NCBI GenBank assembly: GCA_964397155.1
Contig: CAYNHB010000001.1
Location: forward strand, 2,093-66,092
Reading direction: 5' to 3'
DNA: 64,000 nucleotides
Source of the DNA: an uncultured Candidatus Saccharibacteria bacterium
GTDB lineage: Bacteria > Patescibacteriota > Minisyncoccia > Minisyncoccales > Staskawiczbacteraceae
Positions 26,366 through 36,737 of this stretch are shown here, piece after piece. Positions within the stretch are counted from its first letter, which is position 1; the number at the start of each line of letters is the position of its first letter. The notes below the pieces were generated by a model. That model was not told where the DNA came from and searched no databases. It was given only the letters and a program-made list of their open reading frames with translations. The position numbers and the translations under genes were made by a program.

Positions 26366-27162
26366 AAAAAGAAAAAATTATATTTAAATATAAGGACAAG
26401 GGATTCGTTTTTTCGGACATAGTCAAAGCCATTAAAAAATCTGGGATTAAAAAAGGAGGCGTTTTAATGCTTCATGCTGATTTAGCCCGTTTTGGAAAAT
26501 TAGGAGAAATTTCTGATAAAAAAGAGTTTGCCAATGTTTTTATAGAAGCGTTTAGAGAGGCGTTGGGAGAAGAGGGAACATTGGTTGTGCCGACTTTCAC
26601 ATATTCTTTTTGCAATAATGAGGTCTATGACCCAGATAATACACCATCAAGAGTAGGATTATTTACTGAAGAATTACGCAAGAGAAAAGACGCTTTCAGA
26701 AGTATTCATCCTATATTTTCAGTTGCTGCTATCGGGAAAAAAGCTAAAGAACTAACCCAAAATATCAGCAAAAACAGTTTTGGTGAAGGTTCTGTGTATG
26801 ACAAGCTTTTAAAAATAAAAAATAGCAAATATGTGATATTTGGAGTTGATTATTTTAGTTGTACTCAGGTTCATTATATTGAAGAAAAACTGAGAGCGCC
26901 TTATAGATACGTAAAAAAATTTAAAGGGAAAATAAAAGAAAAAGGCAAAATATATAATGACGAATATGAATATTATGTCAGGCCCTTGGATGAAAGTGTA
27001 GTTCCTGATTTTGATAAAATTGAAAACCATCTTTTAAATGCTGGTTTTCTCAAAAAAACAGCCCTCGGTAATGATTTTATAAGCGTTACTAAGATTAGTG
27101 ATATCTGCAAGGAGGGAACAAAAATGTTTAAAAAAGACCCAAATTTTTTCTTAAAAATATGA
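26362..27162 (+). CDS. AAC(3)-family N-acyltransferase
   Basis: GTLVVPTFTYSF, RSIHPIFSVAA.G, SFG..S, T..HY.EE. Confidence 0.88.
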   Translation: MKKEKIIFKYKDKGFVFSDIVKAIKKSGIKKGGVLMLHADLARFGKLGEISDKKEFANVFIEAFREALGEEGTLVVPTFTYSFCNNEVYDPDNTPSRVGLFTEELRKRKDAFRSIHPIFSVAAIGKKAKELTQNISKNSFGEGSVYDKLLKIKNSKYVIFGVDYFSCTQVHYIEEKLRAPYRYVKKFKGKIKEKGKIYNDEYEYYVRPLDESVVPDFDKIENHLLNAGFLKKTALGNDFISVTKISDICKEGTKMFKKDPNFFLKI

Positions 27163-28409
27163 TGCAATTAATTAAAGACCTCTGGTTTAAAAGAAGGGAT
27201 ATTATTTCTGACGGATTTGATGAATCATTGGAATATATTTCAAAAATAATCCCTCTTAAAATTCATGAAATCCCATCGGGAACAAAATGCTGGACTTGGA
27301 CGGTGCCTGAAAAATGGAGCGTGAAAGAGGCATATATAAATGATTTGGACGGCAACAGAATCCTTGATTTAAAAGATCACCCCTTGCATGTTGTTTCTTA
27401 TTCTTTGCCGATTGATAAAGTTGTAAGCAGAGAAGAGCTATTGGAGCACTTGCATACAAGCAAAGAAAGACCTGAAGCCATTCCCTTTGAATTTAAGTAT
27501 TATGAAAAAGATTGGGGTTTTTGTATTCAAGATAATAAATTAAAAGAATTTACAAAAGATAAATACAAAGTTTTTATTGATTCTAAATTTGAAAAAGGAG
27601 ACTTAAAAGTAGGTGAGCACACAATAAAAGGTAAAACTGATAAAACTATTGCTTTGGTTTCTCATCTTTGCCATCCCGCTCAAGTGAATGATGATTTGAC
27701 TGGCGTTGCAGTATCAGTTGATATTGCTAAAGCAATGGGCAAAAAAGACAACTACTATACATATAAATTTTTGTTTGTTCCAGAAACAATCGGTTCTCTT
27801 GCCTATCTAAGCCAAAATGAAGACGTAATTCCTAAAATAGAATACGGCATTTTTCTTGAAATGTTGGGCAATGACAATATTCATGCCTTGCAGTTATCGC
27901 GACAAGGGGATACGCGATTAGACAGAATTGCAAGATATCTAATGAAAAGAAATCTTAAAAATTTTAAAGAAGGACCTTTTAGAACAATTGTGGGAAATGA
28001 CGAAATGGTATTTAACGGACCCGGTGTTGATGTCCCAATGATTTCAATCAGCAGATATCCTTATCCTGAATATCATACATCAGACGATAATCTTGATATT
28101 GTGTCAGAACAAAGATTGGAAGAATCCAAAAATTTAATTTTGGAAATATTAAACATTATTGATAAAGATTTTACGCCGAAAAGGCAATTTAAAGGGCCGA
28201 TATTTTTGTCAGGATATGATTTATGGGTGGATTGGAGGGAAAATTTAGAATTAAACAGAAATTTTGAAAAAATTATGCTTAATCTTGAAGGCGATAAAAC
28301 CGTATTTGATATAGCAGATGAATTAAATATGAAATTTGAAGATGTCTTGGGCTTCGTGAATAAATTAGAAAAAGCCAAATTGGTCTTAAATATGAAAAAT
28401 AATGAATAA
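27159..28409 (+). CDS. DUF4910 (DUF2172) aminopeptidase-like protein, Cj1295-like
   Basis: PSGT..WTW.VP..W, YY..DWGFC, HLCHP..NDDLTG, PETIGS, YPEYHTSDD; C-terminal wHTH. Confidence 0.85.
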   Translation: MMQLIKDLWFKRRDIISDGFDESLEYISKIIPLKIHEIPSGTKCWTWTVPEKWSVKEAYINDLDGNRILDLKDHPLHVVSYSLPIDKVVSREELLEHLHTSKERPEAIPFEFKYYEKDWGFCIQDNKLKEFTKDKYKVFIDSKFEKGDLKVGEHTIKGKTDKTIALVSHLCHPAQVNDDLTGVAVSVDIAKAMGKKDNYYTYKFLFVPETIGSLAYLSQNEDVIPKIEYGIFLEMLGNDNIHALQLSRQGDTRLDRIARYLMKRNLKNFKEGPFRTIVGNDEMVFNGPGVDVPMISISRYPYPEYHTSDDNLDIVSEQRLEESKNLILEILNIIDKDFTPKRQFKGPIFLSGYDLWVDWRENLELNRNFEKIMLNLEGDKTVFDIADELNMKFEDVLGFVNKLEKAKLVLNMKNNE

Positions 28410-29469
28410 GGAATATAATTTTAAAATTGGCAACAGGGAAATAGGGCCCGGAAATCCGGTTTTTATTATTGCTGAAATGTCTGCTAATCATAGTCAGGAT
28501 TTTGAAAGAGCCAAGAAAATAATTAAAGCTGCTTGCGAATGCGGAGCAGATGCAGTTAAGTTGCAAACCTATACTCCCGATACTTTGACTATTGATTGCA
28601 AGAAAGAAAGCTTTATCGTAAAAAACTCCAACCCTGATTGGAATGGGAAAACTTTATATGAACTCTATAAAACAGCTTATATGCCCTGGGAATGGTATCC
28701 GGAGCTTAAAAAAATAGCCCAAGAATGCGGTGTTATTCTTTTTTCTACTGCTTATGACGAAACATCAGTTGATTTTTTGGAAGAAATGCAGACGCCAGCT
28801 TATAAAATTGCCTCTTTTGAAATTAATGATGTGGAACTTTTAAAAAAAGTGGCCAAAACAGGAAAGCCAATAATTTTATCAAAAGGTATGGCCAGCATAG
28901 AAGAAGTAGAATTGGCAATTTCAACTTTAAGAGAAAATGGTGCTAAAGATATTATTCTTCTTCACTGCATTAGCTCGTATCCTGCTAAATTGGAGGACAT
29001 GAACTTAGCCACTATTTTAGATATAAAAGAAAAATTTAATGCAGTGCCAGGTTTATCTGACCACAGTTTAGGAATTTCTGTGGCAATAACTTCAATAGCT
29101 TTGGGAGCTTGTGTAATTGAAAAGCATTTTACCCTAAAACGAGCTGATGGCGGGCTTGACAGCTCTTTCTCTGTTGAGCCGGACGAATTAAAACAATTAG
29201 TAAAATGTGTAAGAGAGGCAGAAAAAGCTATCGGTAAAATTCAATACGGACCGACTGAAAGCGAAAAACCGAATATTATTGGCAAAAGATCGTTATTTGT
29301 GGTTGAAAATATAAAAACAGGGGAAGTGTTTACCCACAAGAATGTGCGTTCAATTCGCCCAGGATATGGGCTTGCGCCGAAATTTTTGCCTGAAGTTTTT
29401 GGAAAAAAATCGGTAAAAGACATAGAGCGCGGCACTCCCCTTGATCAAAGTTTAATTGAAAAAAAATAA
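28402..29469 (+). CDS. pseI: Pseudaminic acid synthase (NeuB family)
   Basis: IAEMSANH, KLQTYTPDTLT, KIASFE, LHC.S.YP, GLSDHS, EKHFTL..D..FS; SAF domain RPGYGL. Confidence 0.9.
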   Translation: MNKEYNFKIGNREIGPGNPVFIIAEMSANHSQDFERAKKIIKAACECGADAVKLQTYTPDTLTIDCKKESFIVKNSNPDWNGKTLYELYKTAYMPWEWYPELKKIAQECGVILFSTAYDETSVDFLEEMQTPAYKIASFEINDVELLKKVAKTGKPIILSKGMASIEEVELAISTLRENGAKDIILLHCISSYPAKLEDMNLATILDIKEKFNAVPGLSDHSLGISVAITSIALGACVIEKHFTLKRADGGLDSSFSVEPDELKQLVKCVREAEKAIGKIQYGPTESEKPNIIGKRSLFVVENIKTGEVFTHKNVRSIRPGYGLAPKFLPEVFGKKSVKDIERGTPLDQSLIEKK

Positions 29470-29470
29470 T

Positions 29471-30196
29471 ATGAAATCAGCCATTATCCAAGCAAGGATG
29501 GGCTCTGATCGTTTGCCAGGGAAAGTTTTGAAGAAAATTAACGGAAGACCAATGCTGGAATACGTAATTAATAGGGTGAAGCTCTCTAAAAATTTAGATA
29601 AAGTCATTTTGGCTATTCCCAGCGCTTCTCAAGATGATATTTTGTTTAAATTAGCCAAAAAATTAAATACGATTTGTATAAGAGGGAGCGAGAAGAATGT
29701 TTTGAGCCGCTATCTTAAGGCGGCAAAAGGGACCAATACAGATGTGATTATTAGAATTACCGCCGATGCTCCTTTAATTGATCCTAGAATAATAGATGAG
29801 ATGCTAGACAGCTTTGAAAAAGAAAAATGTGATTATCTTATTAATGATGTAAGACACAAAGGCCATCCCCGAGGATTTGATGTAGATGTATTTTTTACAA
29901 AATGTTTAGAGAAAACATCAAAGCTGGCCAATACAGATTATCACAAAGAGCATATTACAACTTTTATGTTAGATCACCCTGAAATATTTAAAGTCAGATA
30001 TTACAAGGCGCCAAAAAATCTTTGCCGGCCGAATTACCGGCTTTGTGTGGATGAAAAACTTGATCTGATTTTGATAAAAAAAATATTTAAACATTTTAGG
30101 AAAAGAGAATATTTCAGCGCCCAAGAAATAATTGAATATATTGATAAAAATCCTAAATTGGCAGATATAAACAAAAATGTTAAGCAAAAAACATAA
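29471..30196 (+). CDS. SpsF/PseF-like acylneuraminate cytidylyltransferase
   Basis: IIQARMGSDRLPGKVL, RGSE..VL.RY, RITAD.P..DP, EH.T, RL.VD. Confidence 0.88.
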   Translation: MKSAIIQARMGSDRLPGKVLKKINGRPMLEYVINRVKLSKNLDKVILAIPSASQDDILFKLAKKLNTICIRGSEKNVLSRYLKAAKGTNTDVIIRITADAPLIDPRIIDEMLDSFEKEKCDYLINDVRHKGHPRGFDVDVFFTKCLEKTSKLANTDYHKEHITTFMLDHPEIFKVRYYKAPKNLCRPNYRLCVDEKLDLILIKKIFKHFRKREYFSAQEIIEYIDKNPKLADINKNVKQKT

Positions 30197-30959
30197 AATA
30201 AAATACGGCTTGAAGCTATGGTCTACTGACCGGGAATTATTTCCGGAAGCAGTTCAATCATTTAAAAAAGGAACTATTGATTTTATAGAATTATATATTG
30301 TTCCCAATTCGTTTATGCCGGGAAAACTCGATTTTTTGAACGATCTGAAGAATATTCCCACAATTATTCATGCTCCTCACACCAAACACAATTTTGATGT
30401 TTTTTCACTCAACGATTCAAAGATTAAAATTTTTAAGGAGCAAGTTGCAAAAACCGCTGATTTTTTAAATAGTAAATTCATAATTGTCCATGCTGGAATT
30501 GGGGATTCCCAAGCAATTTTTAAAGAAAATATTGAAAAAATTAAAGATAAAAGAATTTTAATTGAAAATATGACAAAAATCGGCATAAATGATCAACCTT
30601 GCTTTGGACATTCTTATGAACAGTTGAAGTTTATTAAGGAGCGTGGATTTAATTTTTGTTTGGATTTCAGCCATGCGATAAAAAGCTCTATAAGCCAGAA
30701 AATAGGTTACAAAGAATTTGTTGAAAAATTAATCATTGAATTAACCCCGAATTATTTTCATATCTGCAACGGCAGATTTAATAATGACGAAGATGAACAC
30801 ATGGATTTGTTTGACGGTGACTTTGATATTAAATGGATTAAAGAAATATTGCTTAAATTAGCTGGGAAAAAAGATGTATATTTAGTATTTGAGACGCCCA
30901 AGAGCGGGAATAGAATTTCGAATGATATTAAAAATATAAACTACTTTTTAAGCATATGA
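30177..30959 (+). CDS. Xylose-isomerase-like TIM barrel protein
   Basis: IHAPH, IVHAG, IENM, LDFSHA, HICN..D.H, FETPK. Confidence 0.7.
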   Translation: MLSKKHKIKYGLKLWSTDRELFPEAVQSFKKGTIDFIELYIVPNSFMPGKLDFLNDLKNIPTIIHAPHTKHNFDVFSLNDSKIKIFKEQVAKTADFLNSKFIIVHAGIGDSQAIFKENIEKIKDKRILIENMTKIGINDQPCFGHSYEQLKFIKERGFNFCLDFSHAIKSSISQKIGYKEFVEKLIIELTPNYFHICNGRFNNDEDEHMDLFDGDFDIKWIKEILLKLAGKKDVYLVFETPKSGNRISNDIKNINYFLSI

Positions 30960-32305
30960 ATAACAAAATAATGTTGATAAATCCGCCGATGACTTATTTT
31001 ACATCGGTAGAACCGATAAGATTGGCCCAGCCAATGGGGCTTTGTTATATTGCCGCAGTTTTAGAAAAAGAAGGGTATGATGTCAAAATATTTGACGCTC
31101 ATGCGGAAGGATACAACAACCGTACAAAAAGAGGAGACAGAACGCAGGTTGGTTTGGATGAAAAAGAGATTGCAAAAAAGATAGCAGAACTTAAGCCCGC
31201 TATCGCGGGGGTTTCGTCAATGTTTACAGACCAATACCATAATGCCAAAATGGTTTGCAAGATTATCAAAGAAGCAAATCCTGAAATTGTAACTTGCATG
31301 GGCGGAGTGCATCCAAGTATGGTAGCGGAAGAGGTTTTGAAAGATCTAAATGTTGATTATGTTATAAGGGGCGAGGCAGAGTACAGCTTTAGGGATCTTT
31401 GTGATTTGTTGGTAAAAAAGAAAGATATTGATCCTAAAAAAATTGACGGCTTGAATTTAAACTCTAAAACGAAATGGATTGAAAATCTTGACGAATTGCC
31501 TTTTCCTGCCCGCCACCTTCTTGACCTTCAAAGATATTTTGCTGCTGGAAGAGCCTATCGAGAACCGTCAAAGCGAGAGCCCGCTTTTCCCATAATTACC
31601 TCAAGATGCTGTCCTGCTTCTTGTAGTTTTTGCGCTACTCACATAATGCAAGGCCACTACCGACAGCGTTCAGTTGAAAATGTTATAACTGAGATTGAAT
31701 ATCTTATTAAAAACCATGGCATGCAAGAAATATATTTTTTGGATGATGCTTTGGCTTTCGGCAATTTTAAGGAGATATTAAAAAAGATGATTGAAAACCA
31801 GTATGATTTAGCGTGGCACGGCGCAAATGGGGTTGCTATTTACAGCTTAAATGATGAGTTGATAGAGTTATTTGCTAAATCCGGATGCTATAAAATTATA
31901 TTATCAATAGAGTCAGGCGTTCAAAAAACATTAGAATATATGAAAAAACCGGTAATATTAAACAAGGCAAATAAAATCATTAAGAAGATAAAAGATTGCG
32001 GCATGAAGGCAGAAAGCATGTTTATGATAGGCCTTCCTTGTGAGACAAAGGAGGACATATTAAATACTGTAAAATTTGCAGAGAGCTTAGATTTAGATTA
32101 TGTTAGTTTTCCTCTTGCCACGCCCTTCAAGGGAACAGCTTTTTATAGGGATTGTGTTGAAAAAGGATGCTTGGTGAAAGATTATAAGTATGAAAATCTT
32201 AAATTTGGAATTGGAAATATTCGAACCAAAGAATGGGGGACGGAATTTGTTGAGAAAGTAAGAAGAGAAGCATGGGAAAGAATTAACAAAATTAATAAAA
32301 AATAA
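30956..32305 (+). CDS. Cobalamin-dependent radical SAM protein
   Basis: PMGLCYIAA, MGGVHPS, RGEAE, SRCCPASCSFC, IESG, GLPCET, PFKGT. Confidence 0.9.
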   Translation: MNNKIMLINPPMTYFTSVEPIRLAQPMGLCYIAAVLEKEGYDVKIFDAHAEGYNNRTKRGDRTQVGLDEKEIAKKIAELKPAIAGVSSMFTDQYHNAKMVCKIIKEANPEIVTCMGGVHPSMVAEEVLKDLNVDYVIRGEAEYSFRDLCDLLVKKKDIDPKKIDGLNLNSKTKWIENLDELPFPARHLLDLQRYFAAGRAYREPSKREPAFPIITSRCCPASCSFCATHIMQGHYRQRSVENVITEIEYLIKNHGMQEIYFLDDALAFGNFKEILKKMIENQYDLAWHGANGVAIYSLNDELIELFAKSGCYKIILSIESGVQKTLEYMKKPVILNKANKIIKKIKDCGMKAESMFMIGLPCETKEDILNTVKFAESLDLDYVSFPLATPFKGTAFYRDCVEKGCLVKDYKYENLKFGIGNIRTKEWGTEFVEKVRREAWERINKINKK

Positions 32306-33007
32306 ATGAAAGCAACAATATTGCAGCCAACTTATTTGCCATGGATGGGATATTTTGAAATGATCGATTCTTCTGATGCTTATGTTGTTTTTGATCACGT
32401 TCAGTTTGAAAGAAAATCATGGCAGCAAAGGAATAAGATTAAAACAGCTAATGGAGTTATTTATTTAACAGTACCAGTTGAAAAATCATCGAGAGAAACA
32501 CCTATTTCTAAAATAAGAATATCTTATAATCAAGGAAATCCTTTAAAAAATCACTGGAAAACGATAGAGCTGGCTTATAAAAGAGCGCCATACTTTGGAA
32601 AGTATAAATCTTCTTTTGAAAAGATTTATTCTCAAAAGCATGTTTTATTAAAGGATTTGAATATCAAAATAATAAAATTAGCTTGTGATATTTTAGGTAT
32701 TAAGAAAAAGATAATCTTTTCTTCAGACCTTAACTTAAAAGATAAAAACATGGAAAAAACAGAAAAAGTCATAAACTTATGCAAGAACCAAGGAATAGCC
32801 CATTTATACGACGCTGAGGGAGCAGAAAAGATTTTGGATAAATCCTTGTTTCAAAAGGAGGGCATTTCGGTTGATTTCCAAGAATTTTTGCATCCAGAAT
32901 ATCCTCAGCTTTGGGGCGAATTCGTTCCATATATTTCAATAATCGACTTAATTTTTAATCAAGGAGATAAGTCCCTTTCTATTATTAGAAGCGGGGTTAA
33001 AGAATAA
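32306..33007 (+). CDS. WbqC-family protein
   Basis: QPTYLPWMGYF, DHVQF...WQQRNKI, LTVPV, YPQ....F...SIIDL.FN.G. Confidence 0.9.
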   Translation: MKATILQPTYLPWMGYFEMIDSSDAYVVFDHVQFERKSWQQRNKIKTANGVIYLTVPVEKSSRETPISKIRISYNQGNPLKNHWKTIELAYKRAPYFGKYKSSFEKIYSQKHVLLKDLNIKIIKLACDILGIKKKIIFSSDLNLKDKNMEKTEKVINLCKNQGIAHLYDAEGAEKILDKSLFQKEGISVDFQEFLHPEYPQLWGEFVPYISIIDLIFNQGDKSLSIIRSGVKE

Positions 33008-33012
33008 AAACT

Positions 33013-34314
33013 ATGAAAAAACTTGCTTTATTCGGCGGAGAGCCAATATCAAAAAAACCTTTGTTGCAATATAATTCTATCGGTAAGGAAGAAGAACGGG
33101 CTGTTTTAAAAGCAACAAAAGAAAAGAAGCTTTCTGGATTTGTGGGAAGAGCTGGCGATCGTTTTTTAGGCGGTAAATATGTAAGAGAATTAGAATCAAG
33201 GTTTTGTAAGCATTTTAAGGTAAAATATGCAGTTAGCCTAAACTCTGCTTCTACCGCCCTACAGGCAGCTGTAGGAGCCTTAGGCATTGGTCCGGGAGAT
33301 GAAGTAATTACTTCGCCTTTTACAATGTCAGCTACTGCCTCTGCTATCTTGTTTAACAACGCCTTGCCTGTTTTTGCTGACATAGAAGAGGACAGCTTTT
33401 GCCTTGATTCTAAAAGTATTGAGAAAAATATCACAAAAAGAACTAAGGCAATTTTAGTTGTTAATATACTTGGCAGTTCAGCAAACTATGACCCCATTCT
33501 TAAAATAGCCAAAAAATATAACTTAAAAGTTATTGAAGATAATGCTCAATCACCAGGAGCCACTTATAAGAGTAAATTCACAGGTACGATAGGCGATATA
33601 GGCATTTTTAGTTTTAATGTTCACAAGGTTATTCAATGTGGAGAAGGAGGAATGTTAGTTACTAATAATAAAGATTATGCTTTTAGAGCCCAGCTTATTA
33701 GAAACCATGGAGAAGCAGTAATTAATGATTTGTATAAGAGTAAAAAATATTATCAGCCGGTTTTAGGCAATAATTTTCGTTTAACTGAAATTCAGGCAGC
33801 AATTGCTATAGAACAATTTAAAAAATTAGATAAGTTTAATAAACCAAGAATAATTCTTGCTAACTATTTGACTAAACAACTTTCACAATTTAAATGGCTG
33901 GTTCCCCCCTTGGTTTTTGAAGATAGTGTTCATGTTTATCATGTTTATGGTTTTAGGTTTTTGTCACAAAAAATCGGTATCAAAAGAGCAACTTTTATGA
34001 AAGCAATGAAAGCTGAGGGGTTCCAGCTTGTTGTAGGATGTGAAGACCCAATCCATTTATTAGAAGTTTTTCAAAAACAACAAATGTATCCTAATTCTAA
34101 ATTTCCTTTTGCTTCAAAGGAATATCCTCATAATATCAGCTACAAAAAAGGGATTTGCCCTGTTGCTGAAAGAATGTCGGAGGGAGAGCTTTTAGAAGCG
34201 CTAATTTGCCAGCCCGCTTATACAAAAAACGATGTTGATTTATTTATTAGAGCTGTTAAAAAAATTGAGGAGAATATCGAAGAGTTAAAAAAATATGAAA
34301 AGAAAAAGGTATAA
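33013..34314 (+). CDS. DegT/DnrJ/EryC1/StrS PLP aminotransferase
   Basis: GDEVITSPFT, EDNAQS, SFNVHKVIQCGEGG, G.N.RLTE. Confidence 0.92.
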   Translation: MKKLALFGGEPISKKPLLQYNSIGKEEERAVLKATKEKKLSGFVGRAGDRFLGGKYVRELESRFCKHFKVKYAVSLNSASTALQAAVGALGIGPGDEVITSPFTMSATASAILFNNALPVFADIEEDSFCLDSKSIEKNITKRTKAILVVNILGSSANYDPILKIAKKYNLKVIEDNAQSPGATYKSKFTGTIGDIGIFSFNVHKVIQCGEGGMLVTNNKDYAFRAQLIRNHGEAVINDLYKSKKYYQPVLGNNFRLTEIQAAIAIEQFKKLDKFNKPRIILANYLTKQLSQFKWLVPPLVFEDSVHVYHVYGFRFLSQKIGIKRATFMKAMKAEGFQLVVGCEDPIHLLEVFQKQQMYPNSKFPFASKEYPHNISYKKGICPVAERMSEGELLEALICQPAYTKNDVDLFIRAVKKIEENIEELKKYEKKKV

Positions 34315-36148
34315 AATTATTTTTACCGCTCAAGATCCAGGAGGGTTTAATGCTATTACTCCTGTTATAAAAAAACTTAGAAGAGACAAAAGATTTAATG
34401 TGTCAGTGGTTTTAGCTAAACACGCCTGCCTATTTGCCGAGAAGCAGAAAATAAGATATTTAGATGCTGATAAAACACCGTTTGATATAACCGGAGCAGA
34501 TTTAATTTTAACGGGCACCAGTTTTGGCGATTCCATAGAAAAAAGAATAATAGCTATGGCTAAAGCCAAAAACATACCTACAATCAGTATAATTGATTTT
34601 TGGACTGATTACGCCCCTTCTTTCAGCGATTCAGAAACAGGCAATTTCAAATATCTGCCGGATTATATTTTGGCTGTAGACGAAATAATGAAAAAAGAAA
34701 TGGTTTTAAACGGTTTTCCGCCTGAGAAAATTTTTATTACAGGAAATCCGTCTTTTGATTCATTTTCAAGAATAATTCAACCCAAAACGAACAAAGACCT
34801 AATTGCGTTTTTCCCCCAGCCTTTTTCTGAAATATTAAAAAATAACAGCAAAGATTATAAAGATTATATCAAGTTTGACGAAGTTCAAATTCTTGAAGAT
34901 ATTGTAAAAGTATTGGAGAAGATAGACTTAAACAAAAGAATTGTAATTAATATTCACCCGCGGGCCAAAAAACTTGATAAGTTTGATAAAGTGATCGAAA
35001 ACACAAAATTAAAAATAAAAAAAGAAAAAAAATTATATAACAAAAACTTAATTGAAAAATCAGAAATAGTTATTGGGGTCAATTCCGTAGTGCTGTTCCA
35101 AGCTGCCATGAGGGGCAAAAAAGTATTAAGCTATCAGCCGGGTATTAAAAGCTCAGACCTTTTAATCAGTAACAGATTGGGTTTGTCTGTGCCGGTTTAC
35201 AAAAAAAAGGATCTTTATCGAACATTTAAGAAAATGCTTTCTCAAAAAGTTCGAAAGAATAATTCTAAACCGGTTAAAAAGTATACAGAAAATAAATCTA
35301 CTCAAAAAGTAATAGATTTTATAATTAATACTCTTAAGAATAAGCCCAAAAGAAAATTAAAAGTTATTGCCTGCATTCAAGCAAGAATGGGTTCAAGCCG
35401 CCTTAAAGGAAAAGCATTATTAAAAGTTTCTGGTAAGAGTGTAATTGAAAATATATTTCAAAGATTAAAATCGGCCAAAGAGATCGACGGCATAGTTTTA
35501 GCAACTGCAGATAATAAAGAAAATGATGTTTTAGCAAAACATGCCGAAAGAGTCGGCCTTAAATGTTACAGGGGCTCAGAAAAAGATTTGATTTCAAGGC
35601 ATTATGAAACTGCCCAAAAATTTGGAGCAGATGCTCTGCTTTTAACTACCGGAGATGCTCCATTCACCGACCCTGAAATAGTAGACAGAATGGTAAAAAT
35701 ATATAAAAAAAACTATAAAAAATTTGATTATTTTACTAATGGTTTTCCGCCCACTTTTCCTCATGGATTGGATATAGATATTATACCCTCCTCAACTTTG
35801 AAAAAATTAGACAATGAAGTAAAAAGCCCGTTTTATCGAGAATGTTTTTACGCTTATACTATGGAGAATCCTAAAAAATTTAGAATTCATAATTTAAAAA
35901 ATCCAGTTGACCTTTCTTCAATACGTTTGACGCTTGATTATCCAGAAGATTTGATTATCACAAGAAAAATTTTTAATGCTCTAGGCAGAAGAAATAAGAT
36001 TTTTGTTATGAAAGATATTCTTAAATTTCTTAAAGAAAACCCTGAGGTTCTGGAAATTAATAAAAAAAGAATAGACATGGTTATTGTTAGGAATATTCGG
36101 AGCAAAGAGTATCATTCAACAATAAACAAAAAATATGAACAACAGTAA
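34295..36148 (+). CDS. Fusion of a GT-B/UDP-GlcNAc-2-epimerase-like N-domain and an SpsF-like cytidylyltransferase
   Basis: N-half DPGG.NA, LTGTS, IDFW, ITGNP.FD, HPR; C-half IQARMGSSRL.GK, RGSE.D, RLTLDYPED. Confidence 0.75.
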   Translation: MKRKRYKIIFTAQDPGGFNAITPVIKKLRRDKRFNVSVVLAKHACLFAEKQKIRYLDADKTPFDITGADLILTGTSFGDSIEKRIIAMAKAKNIPTISIIDFWTDYAPSFSDSETGNFKYLPDYILAVDEIMKKEMVLNGFPPEKIFITGNPSFDSFSRIIQPKTNKDLIAFFPQPFSEILKNNSKDYKDYIKFDEVQILEDIVKVLEKIDLNKRIVINIHPRAKKLDKFDKVIENTKLKIKKEKKLYNKNLIEKSEIVIGVNSVVLFQAAMRGKKVLSYQPGIKSSDLLISNRLGLSVPVYKKKDLYRTFKKMLSQKVRKNNSKPVKKYTENKSTQKVIDFIINTLKNKPKRKLKVIACIQARMGSSRLKGKALLKVSGKSVIENIFQRLKSAKEIDGIVLATADNKENDVLAKHAERVGLKCYRGSEKDLISRHYETAQKFGADALLLTTGDAPFTDPEIVDRMVKIYKKNYKKFDYFTNGFPPTFPHGLDIDIIPSSTLKKLDNEVKSPFYRECFYAYTMENPKKFRIHNLKNPVDLSSIRLTLDYPEDLIITRKIFNALGRRNKIFVMKDILKFLKENPEVLEINKKRIDMVIVRNIRSKEYHSTINKKYEQQ

Positions 36149-36737
36149 AAGGAATCGGATAAAAGCAATAATTCTCGATTTTGACCAAACAATAGCGGAC
36201 CTTAAAGTGAATTGGGCCCTTGTTAGAAGCAAAATGACAGATTTCTGCGCTAAAAGCGGCATTGAAGCTGACTTTTCTTACCCTAAGCCAATATATGAAG
36301 TTGCAAGAGCAGTATCAAAAAATAAAAGATTTTATGATAATTTATCGGCAATTGTCAGTGAAGAGGAATTAAAGTCGGCAGAAAGAGCTAAATTAATACC
36401 CGGCGCTAATGCTTTTTTAAAATTTTTACAGGTTAATAATATCCCTTTTGCAATTCTTAGCAATAATAACAGTCAGTGTATTGAGAAAATTTTTAAAAAA
36501 TTTAAACTGCCCAGCCCTAAAATGATAATCGGAAGCAACAATGTTAAGCGTTTAAAACCGCACCCTGAAGGATTTAATAAAATTTTTAACAAAATGAAAA
36601 TTAAAAAAACCCAATGCTTGTTAATAGGAGATTCCAATGCTGAACTATGCCTAGGTAAGCTTACTGGTGTAAAAACATTCATCATTCCCGGAGGCAAAAT
36701 GAAAAATTTCGATCAATTAAAAAACATATTGATATGA
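36135..36737 (+). CDS. HAD-superfamily phosphatase
   Basis: LDFDQT, SNN, KPHPEG, IGDS. Confidence 0.88.
   Translation: MNNSKRNRIKAIILDFDQTIADLKVNWALVRSKMTDFCAKSGIEADFSYPKPIYEVARAVSKNKRFYDNLSAIVSEEELKSAERAKLIPGANAFLKFLQVNNIPFAILSNNNSQCIEKIFKKFKLPSPKMIIGSNNVKRLKPHPEGFNKIFNKMKIKKTQCLLIGDSNAELCLGKLTGVKTFIIPGGKMKNFDQLKNILI

Noticed and set aside
26362-27162. Aminoglycoside resistance gene
   Set aside because: It is translationally coupled to ACP and DUF4910 inside a sugar pathway, with no mobile-element context.
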